A program made the position numbers and the translations under genes. Below, piece by piece: positions 1-12,325 of a stretch of DNA of 64,000 nucleotides. Below the pieces are notes generated by a model. That model saw only the letters and a list, made by a program, of their open reading frames with translations, was not told where the DNA came from and did no database searches. The DNA is taken from NCBI GenBank assembly GCA_010909165.1, contig MU008162.1:1-64000 (forward strand). The letters are read 5' to 3'. Every line of letters begins with the position of its first letter. The stretch's first letter is position 1. Source of the DNA: Anthoceros angustus (lineage: Eukaryota > Plantae > Anthocerotophyta).

Positions 1-913
1 GATGATGAAGACAACTTCGCACATGTAACTTATGAAGGTCGATGGCCATCGCATTCCACGATATCGTCTATGCAATCTTATTACGGAAATTTGCATGATG
101 CAAAGGTTGAGGCATTATGGATGGACAAGTGGCTCCTAGCCTACATCCATGGCGACAAAGCGGAGTTCCATATTTTGGAGAGTGGGAAAAATCCACTAAT
201 GAAATTTTGAAGGATCTCGTAAACGATCTTTCCTTCTTTGGGAAGTCTCAAATGTACCATAGAGATTTTAAAAGTGAAAACCTTTTATAACATAGCTGAA
301 AACACTTGCTGCATACTTGTGATTGACCCACCATCGGGAAAAATTGAAACAATTTGATGCAAGTGACGGTCGATTGACTGGATGAGCAATGGGCGCCATT
401 CACTTACAAACAACCTTTCTAGCAGATGTTATGGATGAAGCACTACCTTTGGGAGCACTATTTGAAGAACACGATGAAGTGGAACCTCGGGATCCTCCGA
501 GTTATCCAAACGTCCACTACAATACTAGTTATCCTTGGTTTGAAGTAACGATCTTCCTCGGAGAGAGACAATGCATTGTGGACAACTTGTCAAGTTGCAT
601 TTCGCTTCTTTGGATGGCCAAAGAGTTCAACGCTGCTTTTTGTTGTCCGATCCTTCATCACATTTATGGTTGTTTTGTTTGAAGCAAGTGCAAATGAAGT
701 GGTTGTTTCACAAATCCAATGAGGAGTTTTATTTTAGTACTCCAAGTAGAGATGGTGTGCAAGCATCTATGCCTTAGATGCACTCTCCTCAAAACCATAG
801 GAAGGGTGTAGCAAATTGTGTGCTCACCATGAAATACAAAAAGGAACACCATCAATCAATTGCACTTATTTTGTGATATGCTGTTAGAAGTAGGGGAATT
901 AGTTTAACCTACC
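1..913 (+). repeat. Partial copy of the ~4-kb macrosatellite unit (3' two-thirds of the QPW-repeat gene plus start of the LTR-like remnant)
   Basis: Near-identical to 22275-23192; same peptides (DVMDEALPLGALFEEHDEVEP, HLWLFCLKQVQMKWLFHKSNEEFYFSTPSRDG). Confidence 0.95.
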
Positions 914-1029
914 TTGCACAACAAAGCAAGATGAAATTAATTAAAATCGATGACAAAATTATCTTAAATACATGTAACGCGGTGTTGTAATGACCGTTCA
1001 CGATTAACCTAAATATTAAAAAAGTAATC
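914..1029 (-). repeat. Inverted 116-bp segment of the unit's LTR-like remnant
   Basis: TTGCACAACAAAGCAAG...AAAAAAGTAATC is the reverse complement of GATTACTTTTTAATATTTAGG...CTTGCTTTGTTGTGCAA, which follows ACCTACC in all array units (e.g. 23196-23308). Confidence 0.92.
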
Positions 1030-1099
1030 CCTACTGTGATGCCGCACAGAGGCGATCGTCATGCTGACTGGTTGCCTTCAAGTCCCTGCAAGAGCAATT

Positions 1100-1640
1100 C
1101 TTTACCATCAAGTCGGATTCATGACTCCTTCTGTCCTCCAAGCTCCAATGGACCTTACCTACCTCATCCTTGGCACCATCTAAGTCCTTCCGTAGGGTGC
1201 ACTTCTCTTCCTTTAAGTCTCAAATTTTAAGAGTTTGAGCAGCCAACGCTTGATCATTCGTCTCTTTCAACTCCTTGGCCTTCCTTTCTCCTTCTTTTTC
1301 TGGCTCTAAAGCCACCTCCAGCTCCATGGATCTCTCCGTGGCTTCACAGGTTTGCCTAACCCTCACTTCCCTCGCATCTATGGCCTTCAACAATGAAGCA
1401 GATAGCTCATCCACTTGCTTCCGCGGTTCCTTCACTTCCCTTTGAGCCTCTGTCGCCTCCTTAGTGAGAGTCCCCACCCTAGCCTCAAATTGGCAGCTTT
1501 AGCCTCAACAGCATTTATACTCTCCTAGCTCTTAGCCTCTTTTTTCCGTGCTGCTGCTTCCCAGGCCTTGCTCGCCCTCAACTCTCCTTGGCCTTCCACC
1601 AAGGCATTTGCCACCTTCGTGGCCTCATGAATATTGACCT
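1100..1640 (-). pseudogene. Degenerate coiled-coil ORF, probably a retroelement accessory ORF
   Basis: ORF 1220-1477 (TLTKEATEAQREVKE...VDELSASLLKAIDARE) extends upstream across a stop/frameshift (EATKVANALVEGQGELRASKAWEAAARKKEAK); heptad-like E/K/A-rich. No family recognised. Confidence 0.35.
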
Positions 1641-2050
1641 GGCTTAGGGTTCCACAAAGCCGGAGCATTTATCCTATCATTCCCAACTTATGCCTCATAG
1701 CCTGGCAATTTGTAGGTTCCACCAGCCCAAAGATGGCATCACCTCTCCCACTCATCTCATGGCAAGGCACATTCCCGCCATGTCCATCCCCGTCTCCTAT
1801 CATGGTCCCATTCGCGAATGCTCCTCTTGGAGCAAGCCTCCTCCTAGGTGCCAGTCTACTCCGTGCTCTCATGCCTCATGGCTGTCACCCTCGGGGTCCT
1901 TCCTCTCCCTACGAGGACATCGCCCCCTGTAGCTCGTCTCTAGTGAGGAGCCATACCCCACTCACATTCCCCATAATAGGGGTCTACACCCCCTAATCTG
2001 TAGCTAATTGTGCACAAAACAAGGACAAACACATGTTGGACAGATGATAG

Positions 2051-2308
2051 TGAAGGATCGTGTGGCAGCACATGATGGTGGAAAGAGGAGAGGAGAGGAG
2101 GAGGCAAGTGTAACTCTCTCACCTTGAGATGAGGCTTTGGAGGGTATTTATACCCTCCATCAGGCTCCTTTTGTGAAGCTCCAAGAAGCTGGAAGGAGCA
2201 CAAGAAGCTTCCTAGTGATTAGCTTCAGCTAAACTAATGATACTTAATCGACACCCAACTTAGACTAAGTGTATTAGTCTAAGTACATTGGGCTTTAATA
2301 CCCTTACA
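2051..2308 (-). repeat. 3' LTR of the copia element (~258 bp)
   Basis: TG...CA termini on the minus strand; TATAAATA at 2145-2152 (minus); 2191-2308 matches the other LTR. Confidence 0.75.
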
Positions 2309-2321
2309 ACCTCCCACTTAA
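2309..2321 (-). other. Polypurine tract
   Basis: Minus strand TAAGTGGGAGGT immediately precedes the LTR start TGTAAGGG. Confidence 0.8.
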
Positions 2322-2339
2322 AGGCCAATTTACCTTCAG

Positions 2340-4739
2340 AGGAGAATGGACTACCTCATCTGTCCGAGGTGCAAATTGTCTCAGAGAGTCCCTTGGTAAG
2401 AATATCTAGGTTCGCCGGTGTGAACCTTGACAAGTTGTACCCTCTGTCATCCAACACCTCTCGAATGAAGTGATACTTCACATCCACATGTTTAGTCTTC
2501 GCATGAAACATCGGATTCTTGCCAATTGATAGCACTGCTATCACAATGCAACACCGGCAGCTCAACCTTGATCCCCAAGTCTCCTAAACGAGCAAGCCAT
2601 ATGGCTTCCTTGCAAGCCTCGCTTGTCGCAACATACTCCGTAGATAGCGAATGCACGATCGCAAACGAGATCGCCATGAGATCGCCTGGCACATGAAGAC
2701 ATAACTGATGTGGACCTCCTTTTGTCCATATCCTGATAATCGAGATCTGTACCCAACCACACATGCATCTTCACTACCAAAACATATGCACAAAGCTTTT
2801 GTACCATTCGACATCTCATAACTCCTTTTATCGCCTCCCAATGCTTCTTGCCGTGGTTTGACATAAACTAACCACTCCCACCGCAAAGGCAATGTCGACG
2901 TAGCAATCATTGCATACATCAAACTCCCTACACCGATGAGTATGGGACCTTCTCCATTTCAGCTTTTGTCCTCCTCGTAGCTTGGGCAATCCGCTTGAAA
3001 GTTTCACATATGGAGGCAATGGAGTACCCAATGGCTTCCCTTCTCCATGTTGAAGCACCTCTAATGTATTCCGTCGAGACAAATAAAGCGACGCTTATGT
3101 GTCTCGAATACGCATGCCAAGTATATGGCTCGCCTCCCAAGTCTCATTTCAAAGTGAGCATTCAACTTTGACTTCAACAAATCTCATCAAGATCTGCTCA
3201 AAGAATTAGCATATCATCCACATAGAGGATCAAAATGAGCAAGCTTTGATCCTTAGCTTGTTTCAGATAGAGGCAATGATCCTCATCGCCACGCTTGTAG
3301 CCTTGAGAAAGCATAAATGAGTGGAACTTGTGATACCACCACTGCTTTCAAACCATAAAGGCTCTTCCTCAACCTCGCACACCGATTCTCTTTGCCCTTC
3401 TCAACAAAACCTTCGTTGCATGTAGACTTCCTCTTGAAGGTCACCATGCAAGAATGCCGCCTTGACATCCATCCGCATAAGTTCCATATCATTCCCCGGC
3501 AACCAAAGCAAGAACACATCGCAAAGTTGTCATTTTGACTACGGTGAGAAAATCTCATCAAAGTCAATGCCGTTGTTGCTTGAAACCCTTAGCAACCAAT
3601 CGTGCCTTGTACTTTGGTTTGCCATCATGGTATGACCTTCATCTTGTACACCCATTTGCAGAGTGCCTTCTTATCCTAGGCAACCAACCAACTCCCAAGT
3701 TTGGTTCTTATGCAATAATTCATTTCGATCGCATGGCCTTCTCCCACTTTTTGTTACTCATTGACATGGCCTCTTTGTAAGAAGAGGGTTCCCTAATCTA
3801 ACATAATCCGAGATGGATCATACCCGAGGTCGTAATCCTCGACCTACGACATGTGCACCTCTATAGGTGCTTGTTCGACTCTTGGTTCATCTATCGGTGG
3901 AGGAATGTGCTCACACATTACCACGTATCAACCCATGATGATCATGTCCATCTTCTTGAAGATCACCCTTCGCACCTCCACGCTTGGAGTAGGCTTCCTG
4001 CATCTTGTTCTCATTGAAGAACACGTCGTTTAACAACCTTTCTAGCCTCGGATCCCACAAACGGTATCCCATCTCACAATCACCATAGCCAAGAAAAATA
4101 CATTTCTTGGACTTAGGTGCCAACTTGTCCCAAAACTCTTTTGGAACATGGCAAGATGCCTCACCAAAACACTCGCAGATGCTTGTAGGATGGTTTCTTT
4201 CCGCACCATAGCTCCTCGAACCCGCCATCAACAAATTTTATTAGGAGATCTCGTTAATAAGATGAATCGCAGAGAATCGCTCGCCCAAAACCCATTAGGC
4301 AATCCGTAGTTTGACAACAAAACCACGATCCTCTCCGAATGGTTCGTTTCATCCGCCACCACACCATTTTGTGGAGGAGTATACGCATAATTTTGATTCC
4401 CTTGGAATCATGTAATGACGAAAGCTGAAACATACTTCCACCATTATCCGCCCCTTAGACACTTCAATCGGTGATCGATTCTCTACAAGGGTGACAAATT
4501 TCAAACACACGTAACTTCATCCTTTTTCCTCAAAGGATAAACCCACACCTTGCGTGAGAAATCATCTATGAAAGTGACAAAATAGGGCACCGCCTAATGA
4601 TGATGCGATGAGCATAGGTCCACATACATCACGTGAACCAACTCAAGAGGTTTACTCTATCGCTCTTGTTTGATGTGATGATTTTATACATTTCCCATAT
4701 AAGCAGTGATCACATCGAGAGATCGGAGATTAAACGAGG
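2340..4739 (-). pseudogene. copia pol, 3' part: integrase core, SH3-like domain, reverse transcriptase, RNase H (frameshifted)
   Basis: CDHCLYGK; KLAPKSKKCIFLGYGDCEMGYRLWDP; LRKSLYGLK; LILYVDDML (3205-3232); EMEKVPYSSV; HWEAIKGVMR; STEYVATSEACKEAIWL; FHAKTKHVDVKYHFIRE. Confidence 0.93.
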
Positions 4740-5429
4740 AACACGATATAGTTGCAAGGGGTGAATATACTGGAAGGGGTTTCTATACAATATACACCAA
4801 AGGGGTTTCAATGGGTTGGGAATCGGTGGTCCACTTCCGTACAATTTCACCTTTGAAAAGTAGGGTGCACCGGCGAAGCATCGGTTTCATGGACCCGGTG
4901 TGTGCATGGTATTAGGAAAGGCGGAACACCGTGGAAGTGTCGAAATAGAGCCCATTAACTTCCCGGTCGGTAGGTCAATCGAACAAAGACTTGGTCATTC
5001 TAGAATTTGACACCATGGTGGGCCTCAAACCCTATGCATCATGTCCCGCCGTACCTGTGAAACTTGAGAGAGGGTATGGACACGGAAAGGGTGGTAGAAA
5101 TCATCCCTATATATGCAACTTTCACATTTTATGGGCGTCATTACATTCGGGTAGGCGGCCGTGCTAGCTGACGACGTTGTACCCACCGGCGATTGATAGT
5201 CGCTAACGGCATTAAGGCTGAGATTCGGCCGCTTTGCGCTTGTAAACTTCCAACCGTGGTTTCAATCGAAACACAATTATCGAGCCTTTTGTTTAGTGTT
5301 GTTGCGACATGACGACCACTAGTGTGGTGTACCATATGAAAAGCGAAAAGACAAGAAAGAGTCGCCCGGTCACTTGGATGTATACGGGTTTTTATTATTC
5401 CCTTCTAGAACAACCATAAACAAAGACAA

Positions 5430-8190
5430 TGTAAAGTCATGTTCGCCCTAGGGTTCTTCCGATTACGAGTTTCCATCAACATCATCCATGTTGTCAATAT
5501 CCGCCTCCTCCTCGCTATTGTTATCGACACATCTTCACCGGCTGGTTCAATCAAGCCGTATCTCGTTTAGCTTCTCCTTTATAGCCCTTTTTGTCGTTGG
5601 CGTATAAATGCTTCCGCGTAGTAAGGTTGAAACCATAGTACAATATTCTTGTATCATTGATGTAAATCTCTTGTATGTTTTGGGGAACACGGTCTTTGAC
5701 CCTTGCCTTGATGACTTCTCCCCGATGCTTGGGCCCTTGTCGCGGACGATGTACTCCTCAACATATCGCCCTTGAAAGCGTCGGTATGTTTCCGCAGTGG
5801 ACCATTAGACTCGGACGGAAAGCATCATGTTTCACTTCCACCACTCTTCCTATCCAAAAGGTCATTGTGCGTGTCAAGTCGAGCATGGAATTGCGATGAA
5901 CATTCCATTTCCAATCTCGACCACATCGCCATTCGATTCGCTCCATTTCTTCTTCTTTGTCGAGCCACTGGTAAGCCCCAAGTACATATCACGCCGTGGA
6001 AGCTCCCTCAATAATGCTTCGTCGAAGGCTTTCATTTGGTAAGCGCAAAGGTCGTATCTTCAACGTCCGACCTAGAAAACCATTTCCGTGGCTTTTGGGC
6101 GCCGAGGCCAATGTTGTTCTCCACGATAACCGCAATCTCATCTGGTCCTCCCAAGGCCTCCCACCACAAATGTTCATCTGCGGCAATATATGCACGCAAG
6201 CGGAGCCCTTCTTTAAGATGGGCCACACCTCTGTTGCCTTTAAACACGGAAGTGAGCCCTTTTTGTCCCTAGACCCGCGGCTAGAGAGGTGATCTTTGTG
6301 ATGTCATTACAGGACGAACTTCAAGAACTCCAAGCCTCCTTGAGTCTCCCATAGCGGAGATGTCGAATATTGCTTGCTTGAATAAGCGTGACTAGACCTC
6401 GCTCCGCCTTGTCCTCCCGTGTTATCTTAAAGCGGTGTTGGAGCGAAAGGTTATTCGGTTCGGATTTGCTGTCGACGAGACCATCTCCTCTTCGATGGGC
6501 CACATATGACAAGTCCGGACCTCGGTGAGAATTTTCCTGGGAGTTGGTGTGTATGCTTTTCGAGAATATCGGATAGCGTGCAATGTGTGCGCTTCCTTGT
6601 GTTTGGGCTTTGAGCGTGAAAACATCGGTCAATCACGTGGGTGTGTGCCCCACTAGCGAAGCCCACCTTCACCTTCCGAAATGTACCCATGTCTACTAAC
6701 ATATTCGGATATGCAAAAGAAGTTGATTTTGTTCTCTCGACAAGTATTGTCCAAGCGCAAGTACAAGACTTTAGGCAATATCCCTTCATAATTGTGCGAA
6801 CATCTTGGATGATGCATATCGTAGATTTGCATCGTTCAAGGTTTGCATAGTGCAAATATCTTTGTCGCTTTATATGTATAGTTATGAACCATGCGACCCA
6901 CCATATGCTGTCGGCACTCCTCACTTAAATTCTTTTGTACGTAAAAATGTGGGATCTCCGTTTTCTTTTGGTCCATCCCATCAATAGCGAGTAACATGTA
7001 CTTGTGGGGCTCAACGTAGCTTTTCGTCCGGTGTTTGGCCATTTTGGCACTTCTGCGATAACCGCGATGTGCCTCAAGCGCATGTTGATATTTCTGCACC
7101 AAACAATATGCGTTTCTTTAGCATCTACCGCCGCCCATGCCGGTACAATCAACTTACGAAGGGAGGGAGAGGCGCCCGGCCGGCGCCTCCTCCTCTCTCC
7201 TCTCTCCTCTCTCCAGGGGCTGCGTGGGGAGGCGCCCGGCCGGCGCCTCCTCCTCATTCCTTATGCGCGCCTATCCCTGATGTCAAGATAGCCATAGTTG
7301 GGGAGGAGGCGGGTGGCGCCTGCTCCCCAACTATGGCTATCTTCACGCCCCATAGAAATAGGGAAGGGAATGGTGGGAAGGGATGCCATACCTTGATCCA
7401 CCTTTGAAAAAGTGTTCAATGGTTGCCTTTAACCTGCGCATATCGCACGTAGAAAACTGTTGGACTTAGGTATCTTAACCTGCGCGCCGTGCGAAAACGT
7501 TGGACTTAGGTATCTTAACACTGCTGAAGTGCACCTTCCAGAGCCTTAGAAACCAGGCATATGTAATAGCCCTTGTTTGTGACCGCTCACATTGTCGCTT
7601 GTACTGGGCCCATAGCTCCAACTTCGTGTACGTGTCCGGAAGATTGTATACCTGCGCATTGGGGAGCCGCTCCGCCATGGACATGAAAACGTTGTCCATC
7701 CAGGCAAGTGCATCCTGTGATGATGCTGACAGTTGTGATGGATTTGGTCTCTGGTTATCCCACGAGTTGCCGCACCACCTTTTCAACTCTTCATATACTG
7801 TGAAAACCCCTAAATGCTCGTAGGCAACATCATGGATGTCCAACAAGGTGGGGTTGAACCTTTGTATGAACTCCGCCATCACTTACCACCTTTAAGGGGA
7901 CTCAAGGTGTGTCTCGCTCTTGACGTCCCATGCGTAGGAACCTATACCGATGTTCTTGGAATTTTTCTTTTGTCAATTTCGAACACACATTTGATTCTGC
8001 ATGGCTTCCGAAACTCTCCCGATTGCGTCATCACTTCTTCGCAAAGGCACGGAAGCCCTCCTCCCTGCATGCATCTTCCACGCGATTCTCGATGCAATGA
8101 ATCGCTCAAAGGTTTTGCTTGGAATGTAATAGCGGGAGGAATTCCCCCGATCGTGTCCTGAAGACATCGTCACGCCCTCATCTTCATGGT
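5430..8190 (-). pseudogene. DDE transposase of the DGMDQ / DNxxRENK / GHTH type (DUF7869-like, Sola1-related), frameshifted and probably spliced
   Basis: Motifs in order: PCLC..CRIKC; AWMDNVFMSMAERLP..YNLPDTYTKLELWAQYK..FLRLWKVHFSSVKIP; KYMLLAIDGMDQKKTEIPHF; LPKVLYLRLDNTCRENK; LVDMGTFRKVKVGF..GHTH..IDRCF; C-terminal GMFIAIPC..FWIGRVVEV..LMVH beta-barrel-like segment. Confidence 0.8.
7125..7391 (-). other. Putative intron in the transposase containing a 59-nt hairpin (7285-7343) and a duplicated GC-rich ~29-mer
   Basis: Minus-strand donor AAG|GTATGG at 7391 and acceptor TAG|ATG at 7125; flanking peptides join plausibly (FFKGGSR|DAKETH...HALEAH). Confidence 0.5.
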
Positions 8191-10899
8191 GCAATGCTTC
8201 GCCTCATGATCTCCGTCGGAGGGAACAATCCTCGTCTTAGGCTGCGATTGGGTTCCGCCATATTGTCGTGAGGTCTACATTCTCCCCATATCTTCCACGG
8301 AAGGACTTCTCCTAATTGCCGCATATAAGTTAAGGTTCCGTGGGGTCGTGGCACGACAGGGATAGTTGGCGATACCACCGGCTTCAAAAGTGGAATTCCA
8401 CCTCCACTCCTTTTACCTACATGCATGGTTCCCACCACGGTGATGAGAAAAGTTGGGGAAAAGCAGCTATGCCAATGAAACCCAAACGTCTAACCTTACC
8501 TCCAGTGGGCGGTGCGATTCCACCAACATTGCCGGCGCTGGATGGGTTGTCGGATCGCTGCCCATATATGGAAGCGTATGCGCCTCCGATTGTGGTGGGC
8601 GGCCTCTGCGCCATCACTCTTTCTCGATCAAACACCCAACCGTTAGCGTGTATGGATTGAATGGCTGCACATGTGCATTTCAATGACACGGGTAGCCGCA
8701 CCTCTTCGTCTTGGTGTGTCGTAACATCGAAGGGCTACAACTCGGGGGAATAGGCGCTATGGAGAACCTGCAGACAATGGAACAATAGCGACCGCCGCGT
8801 TGAAGAAAGCTACTGAGGTCCCCAATGTCCGCCTTATAGAACAAAGATGTATGAGCACACGAATCGGGATTGTGTGCGGCAATGTCGGCAGCCCTTTCAC
8901 GCCGGGCGCGCGCCACGACATCGGTGTTTAATATCGCACATGGCAAAGGGAATCCCGGATGTGGTTTACGATCCGATGCAAATACACCGGATATCAATCG
9001 GGACAAATATACCTATGCCTTATATCACATATATCACCCTTATGCCTATAAAACCTGCAAGCCCTAATACGAAAAGAGCCAACTTAATCTCGGGGCCCTT
9101 GAGTCGATTCTTTCCACTTGTTCACTCTCGGAAGTTGCGCCCGTCTCCATTGTGTGTGTGCGCTGTGATCGAGTGTGTGTGCGCTGTGATCGCAAGGAGG
9201 GGCCGCTAATCTCTGCGACGCCTCACCCCGCCGCACTGCTCGTTACATTTGCGGCGGTGCGCGATCGCTGGAATTCGGAGATGGCATCGGGAGGCGTGGC
9301 GGGAAGGAGAAGAATGCCTTTGAGCTGACAGGACCTCCCTTTGCCCAAGCGGAAGAAGGGAGAGGAAGCGAAAGCAGGGACAACAGAGGATGAGTGCGGC
9401 CTAGTGCGCCACAAGGCGAGTGCATCCGGCGGCGGCGGTATGAGCAACCTCGCACAAATCGGCGAATTCCCACGGAGGAGGCGAGTGGTGGGAGGCTCAC
9501 ACCACAACTCGGGAAAGGCAAGCACCACGAGGCGTAGGTGGGTGATGAAGGCGAGAGAAGTGCGGCGCCCGATGCGATTCGATTCAATCGCCCTTCAACT
9601 ACGAGGAGACTATGCATTTCGGAGGTGGCGGCAAGTATCACGAGTATTCGCGTTGTTGAGAAGAATTGGATGATTTGCGGGAAGAGGAACCGGAGGGGCG
9701 AGGATGCGTTTGGACACCTCTGTTCAAGTTGTGGGTGGTGGGATACAAAGATGCTTTGCCTAATCGGAGCCGGCGGGGTGGGTGATTTGGGCAACATTGG
9801 ACATGACCGTTGGGCGGCTGAGCACAACTCCTTGTGGTGAGGAAGCAGACTTCACGACATTGCATCCAAACCCACAGCCTCTGATTGTTCCACGTGACAT
9901 TTGCGGGGTTGATCTTTAAGAAATGTGCACCTTCACGCTTGATCGAGTTATTGAGTCGGCAAGAGACATCGGTGAGTGCATTTGGGTGGCATGTTCTTGG
10001 GTTTCGCTAAGTAATGTGCATCTGGTGTGGCTTATCTTGTCCATCCATGTTGGTTTGCGGTAGAGCAGATGGGCAAAAGTTTCATTGCTCTACTGAGCTC
10101 ACACAGCGTTTTAGCACATAGGCGGGCTATGTCTATTCGCGGATTCTCGGATAGCGAGGCGAGGGGAGGATGATGAGACATCGGTGGAAGCGAGCTTGGT
10201 CCATCGATGAAGACGCGACGATCCGGACATGTTAGGCCATTCGGATGATGACGATGTGGATTCGGATGCACGGTGAAGAGGAGATCGAAGCTGTATAGGA
10301 ATATCTGCTGGCAATTCCATGGATGTGAGCAACGAGCCGGAGGCGGTCAGGCGCCGTGGCGCTGCCGCTCGGCAGTTCGCCGAGTTACCGGGCGGTTCTA
10401 GGGTTTGCAAGGGAGGAGGGGCGAAGGCGCCGGCCGGGCCCCTGGCGATGGGGGCGGGGGGCATTACGCCCTGGCGGACCGAGGGGGTGGAAGGCGCGGC
10501 GTGGCGCGGGTTCTCCTGGCCCAGGTCGGGCAAATAGGGAGGCCATGCGGAGGAGGAGGCGGCCGTGGCCGAGGTCTTGTAGGGGTTCCACCTCAGCCTG
10601 GTCGGGCAAATAGGGAGAGGCCATGCGAGGAGGAGGCCGGCAGCACCTCTCGGGAGGAGCATGAAGCATGTGGGGAAGTGAGGAGGGAGAGGAGGCGGGG
10701 GCCGATGCCATGGACATGGCGGTGGGGAATCCGATGACTATGCATGCATGGAGGAAAGGAAAGGACTTCCCTGCAGATTTCACGAAGAGGGCCCATAGCG
10801 ATGATCGGGGTCCTCGGAAGAAAAGAAAAGTCCGGACCGATTGGAAGCTTAGGCGGTGGCACCCATTGCGGTTCATGTCCCAACGGATGAGGAGAGGTT

Positions 10900-11960
10900 A
10901 GAAGCGGTGAGAGATGAAGACCCTTTAACCCGTGTAAGGGAATGACATCACGAAAGTTGTTCGGAGGCGGTCTTGGTGAAGTGGAGAATCTAAGGCCCAT
11001 ATCCTCCGGATGCAGATCTGGAAGGTTGACGAAGCATGGACGAATTACTTGGCGGGTCATGTCGAAGGGAGAATAGAAGGCGTATTGCCTCATGTATGAT
11101 AGACCCGCGGAATGCGACAACATGGAAGCCTTTGGATTGGCAGCGATTCGAGGGCAAAACTTATGTCATGGGAGTACTTGGCGGGAATCACACTTTTGCG
11201 GCGATGAAGCATTTGGCTGATATGGCACCAGGGAAAAAACGGTTTCAGTCGAGGCTCACGTGTACTGCGGTCTCACACTGCAGGAGATGCGGGTTCTGGC
11301 TACAAACCACAATATTATGTCGGACAAGAGAAGAAAAATGTCTTTCATCAAGCAGGTCAGGTATCTCCGTTATGAGCTGCTTATTGCCAAGCGTGAAGGG
11401 TGCATATGACTATGGCATGGAAATTCAATTTGTACAAGGTTGGGCCTCATTGGCGACGAGGGAGAAGGCAGCGTTTGGCAAAACAAGGTGGATAACAGGA
11501 CTCATATACTTTGTATTGCAAAGCAAGAAGGGAGAATTTGGGAGAATATTGACAAAATATTTACAGTGGGAGGTGGGAGTTGCAGAAAAGACACATGCAG
11601 CAAGCAAGAAGGGCAAAGGAAAGCGGAAGGTCGGGAAGATTCCCGAAGGTTTGCAGTATATGAAATAGAAGGACATGCTAGCAAAGCCATGGAAGGCTTT
11701 CCGAGGTATACTGGAGTGTGGACAGGATATTACCACAGCGGAAAAAGTATTAGCTGAGTCGATAGACGAAAGGCATGGAGGGCGACATCACTTTGCGGAA
11801 GAAGGCGCATATCATCCAAGTTGCTATGGCGAAGCATCTTGGTACACATCGTTTGAGGAAGTCCGGAGAGTACCCACGATTCAGACGCTATGATCATGAT
11901 TTTCAAACACGATTTGCGGAAGGTAAATCTTCCCTTGGTAGTATTTTCCTTTACCATCTG
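10900..11960 (+). pseudogene. ParB/sulfiredoxin-like domain protein (transposon second gene), frameshifted; gene may begin near 9280
   Basis: Across frames: VEVENLRPISSG-MQIWKVDEAWTNYLAG...IASCMIDP...YVMGVLGGNHTFAAMKHL...VYCGLTLQEMRVLATNHNIMSDKRRKMSFIKQV. This follows the ParB N-terminal pattern (hydrophobic strand-GxHx..A, later helix ending la..hN, then a sF..v helix). Confidence 0.55.
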
Positions 11961-12325
11961 GATGGGCGCGGCGGCCAGCGTCCTCCCTGGTCCCGATGGC
12001 GGCGGCGGCCGGCGGCGCCCTCACGCCGGATGGATGCGGCGGCGCGGCGGCGCCCTCCCGGGTGGATGGATGCGGGCGCCGGCGGCGGCGCATCATGGAG
12101 CGTGTGGGCGCCGGCCCGGCCTCATGGGCGTGTGGGCGCCGGCGGCGGCGCCCGCATCATGGAGCGTGTGGGCGGCCGGCGGCGCACCGGCTCATGCTTT
12201 TACTCCGGTTGGACAACAGCGGCGCCATGAGTGCGTTTCCGCATCCGCCGTTCAAAATCGAGAATAAAGCGCCGGCGGCGGCACCGTAAAATCCTTCCGC
12301 GTAATCCGCCGCCACCGCCATATGC
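11960..12325. repeat. GC-rich subterminal repeats of the DNA transposon
   Basis: Imperfect repeats of GCATCATGGAGCGTGTGGGCG(C)CGGC and GGATGGATGCGGCGGCG about 100-500 bp inside the right TIR. Confidence 0.7.

Noticed and set aside
1035-2308. A longer 3' LTR starting at the TG at 1035
   Set aside because: Its flank CCTAC does not match GATAG at the other end, whereas 2046-2050 does.
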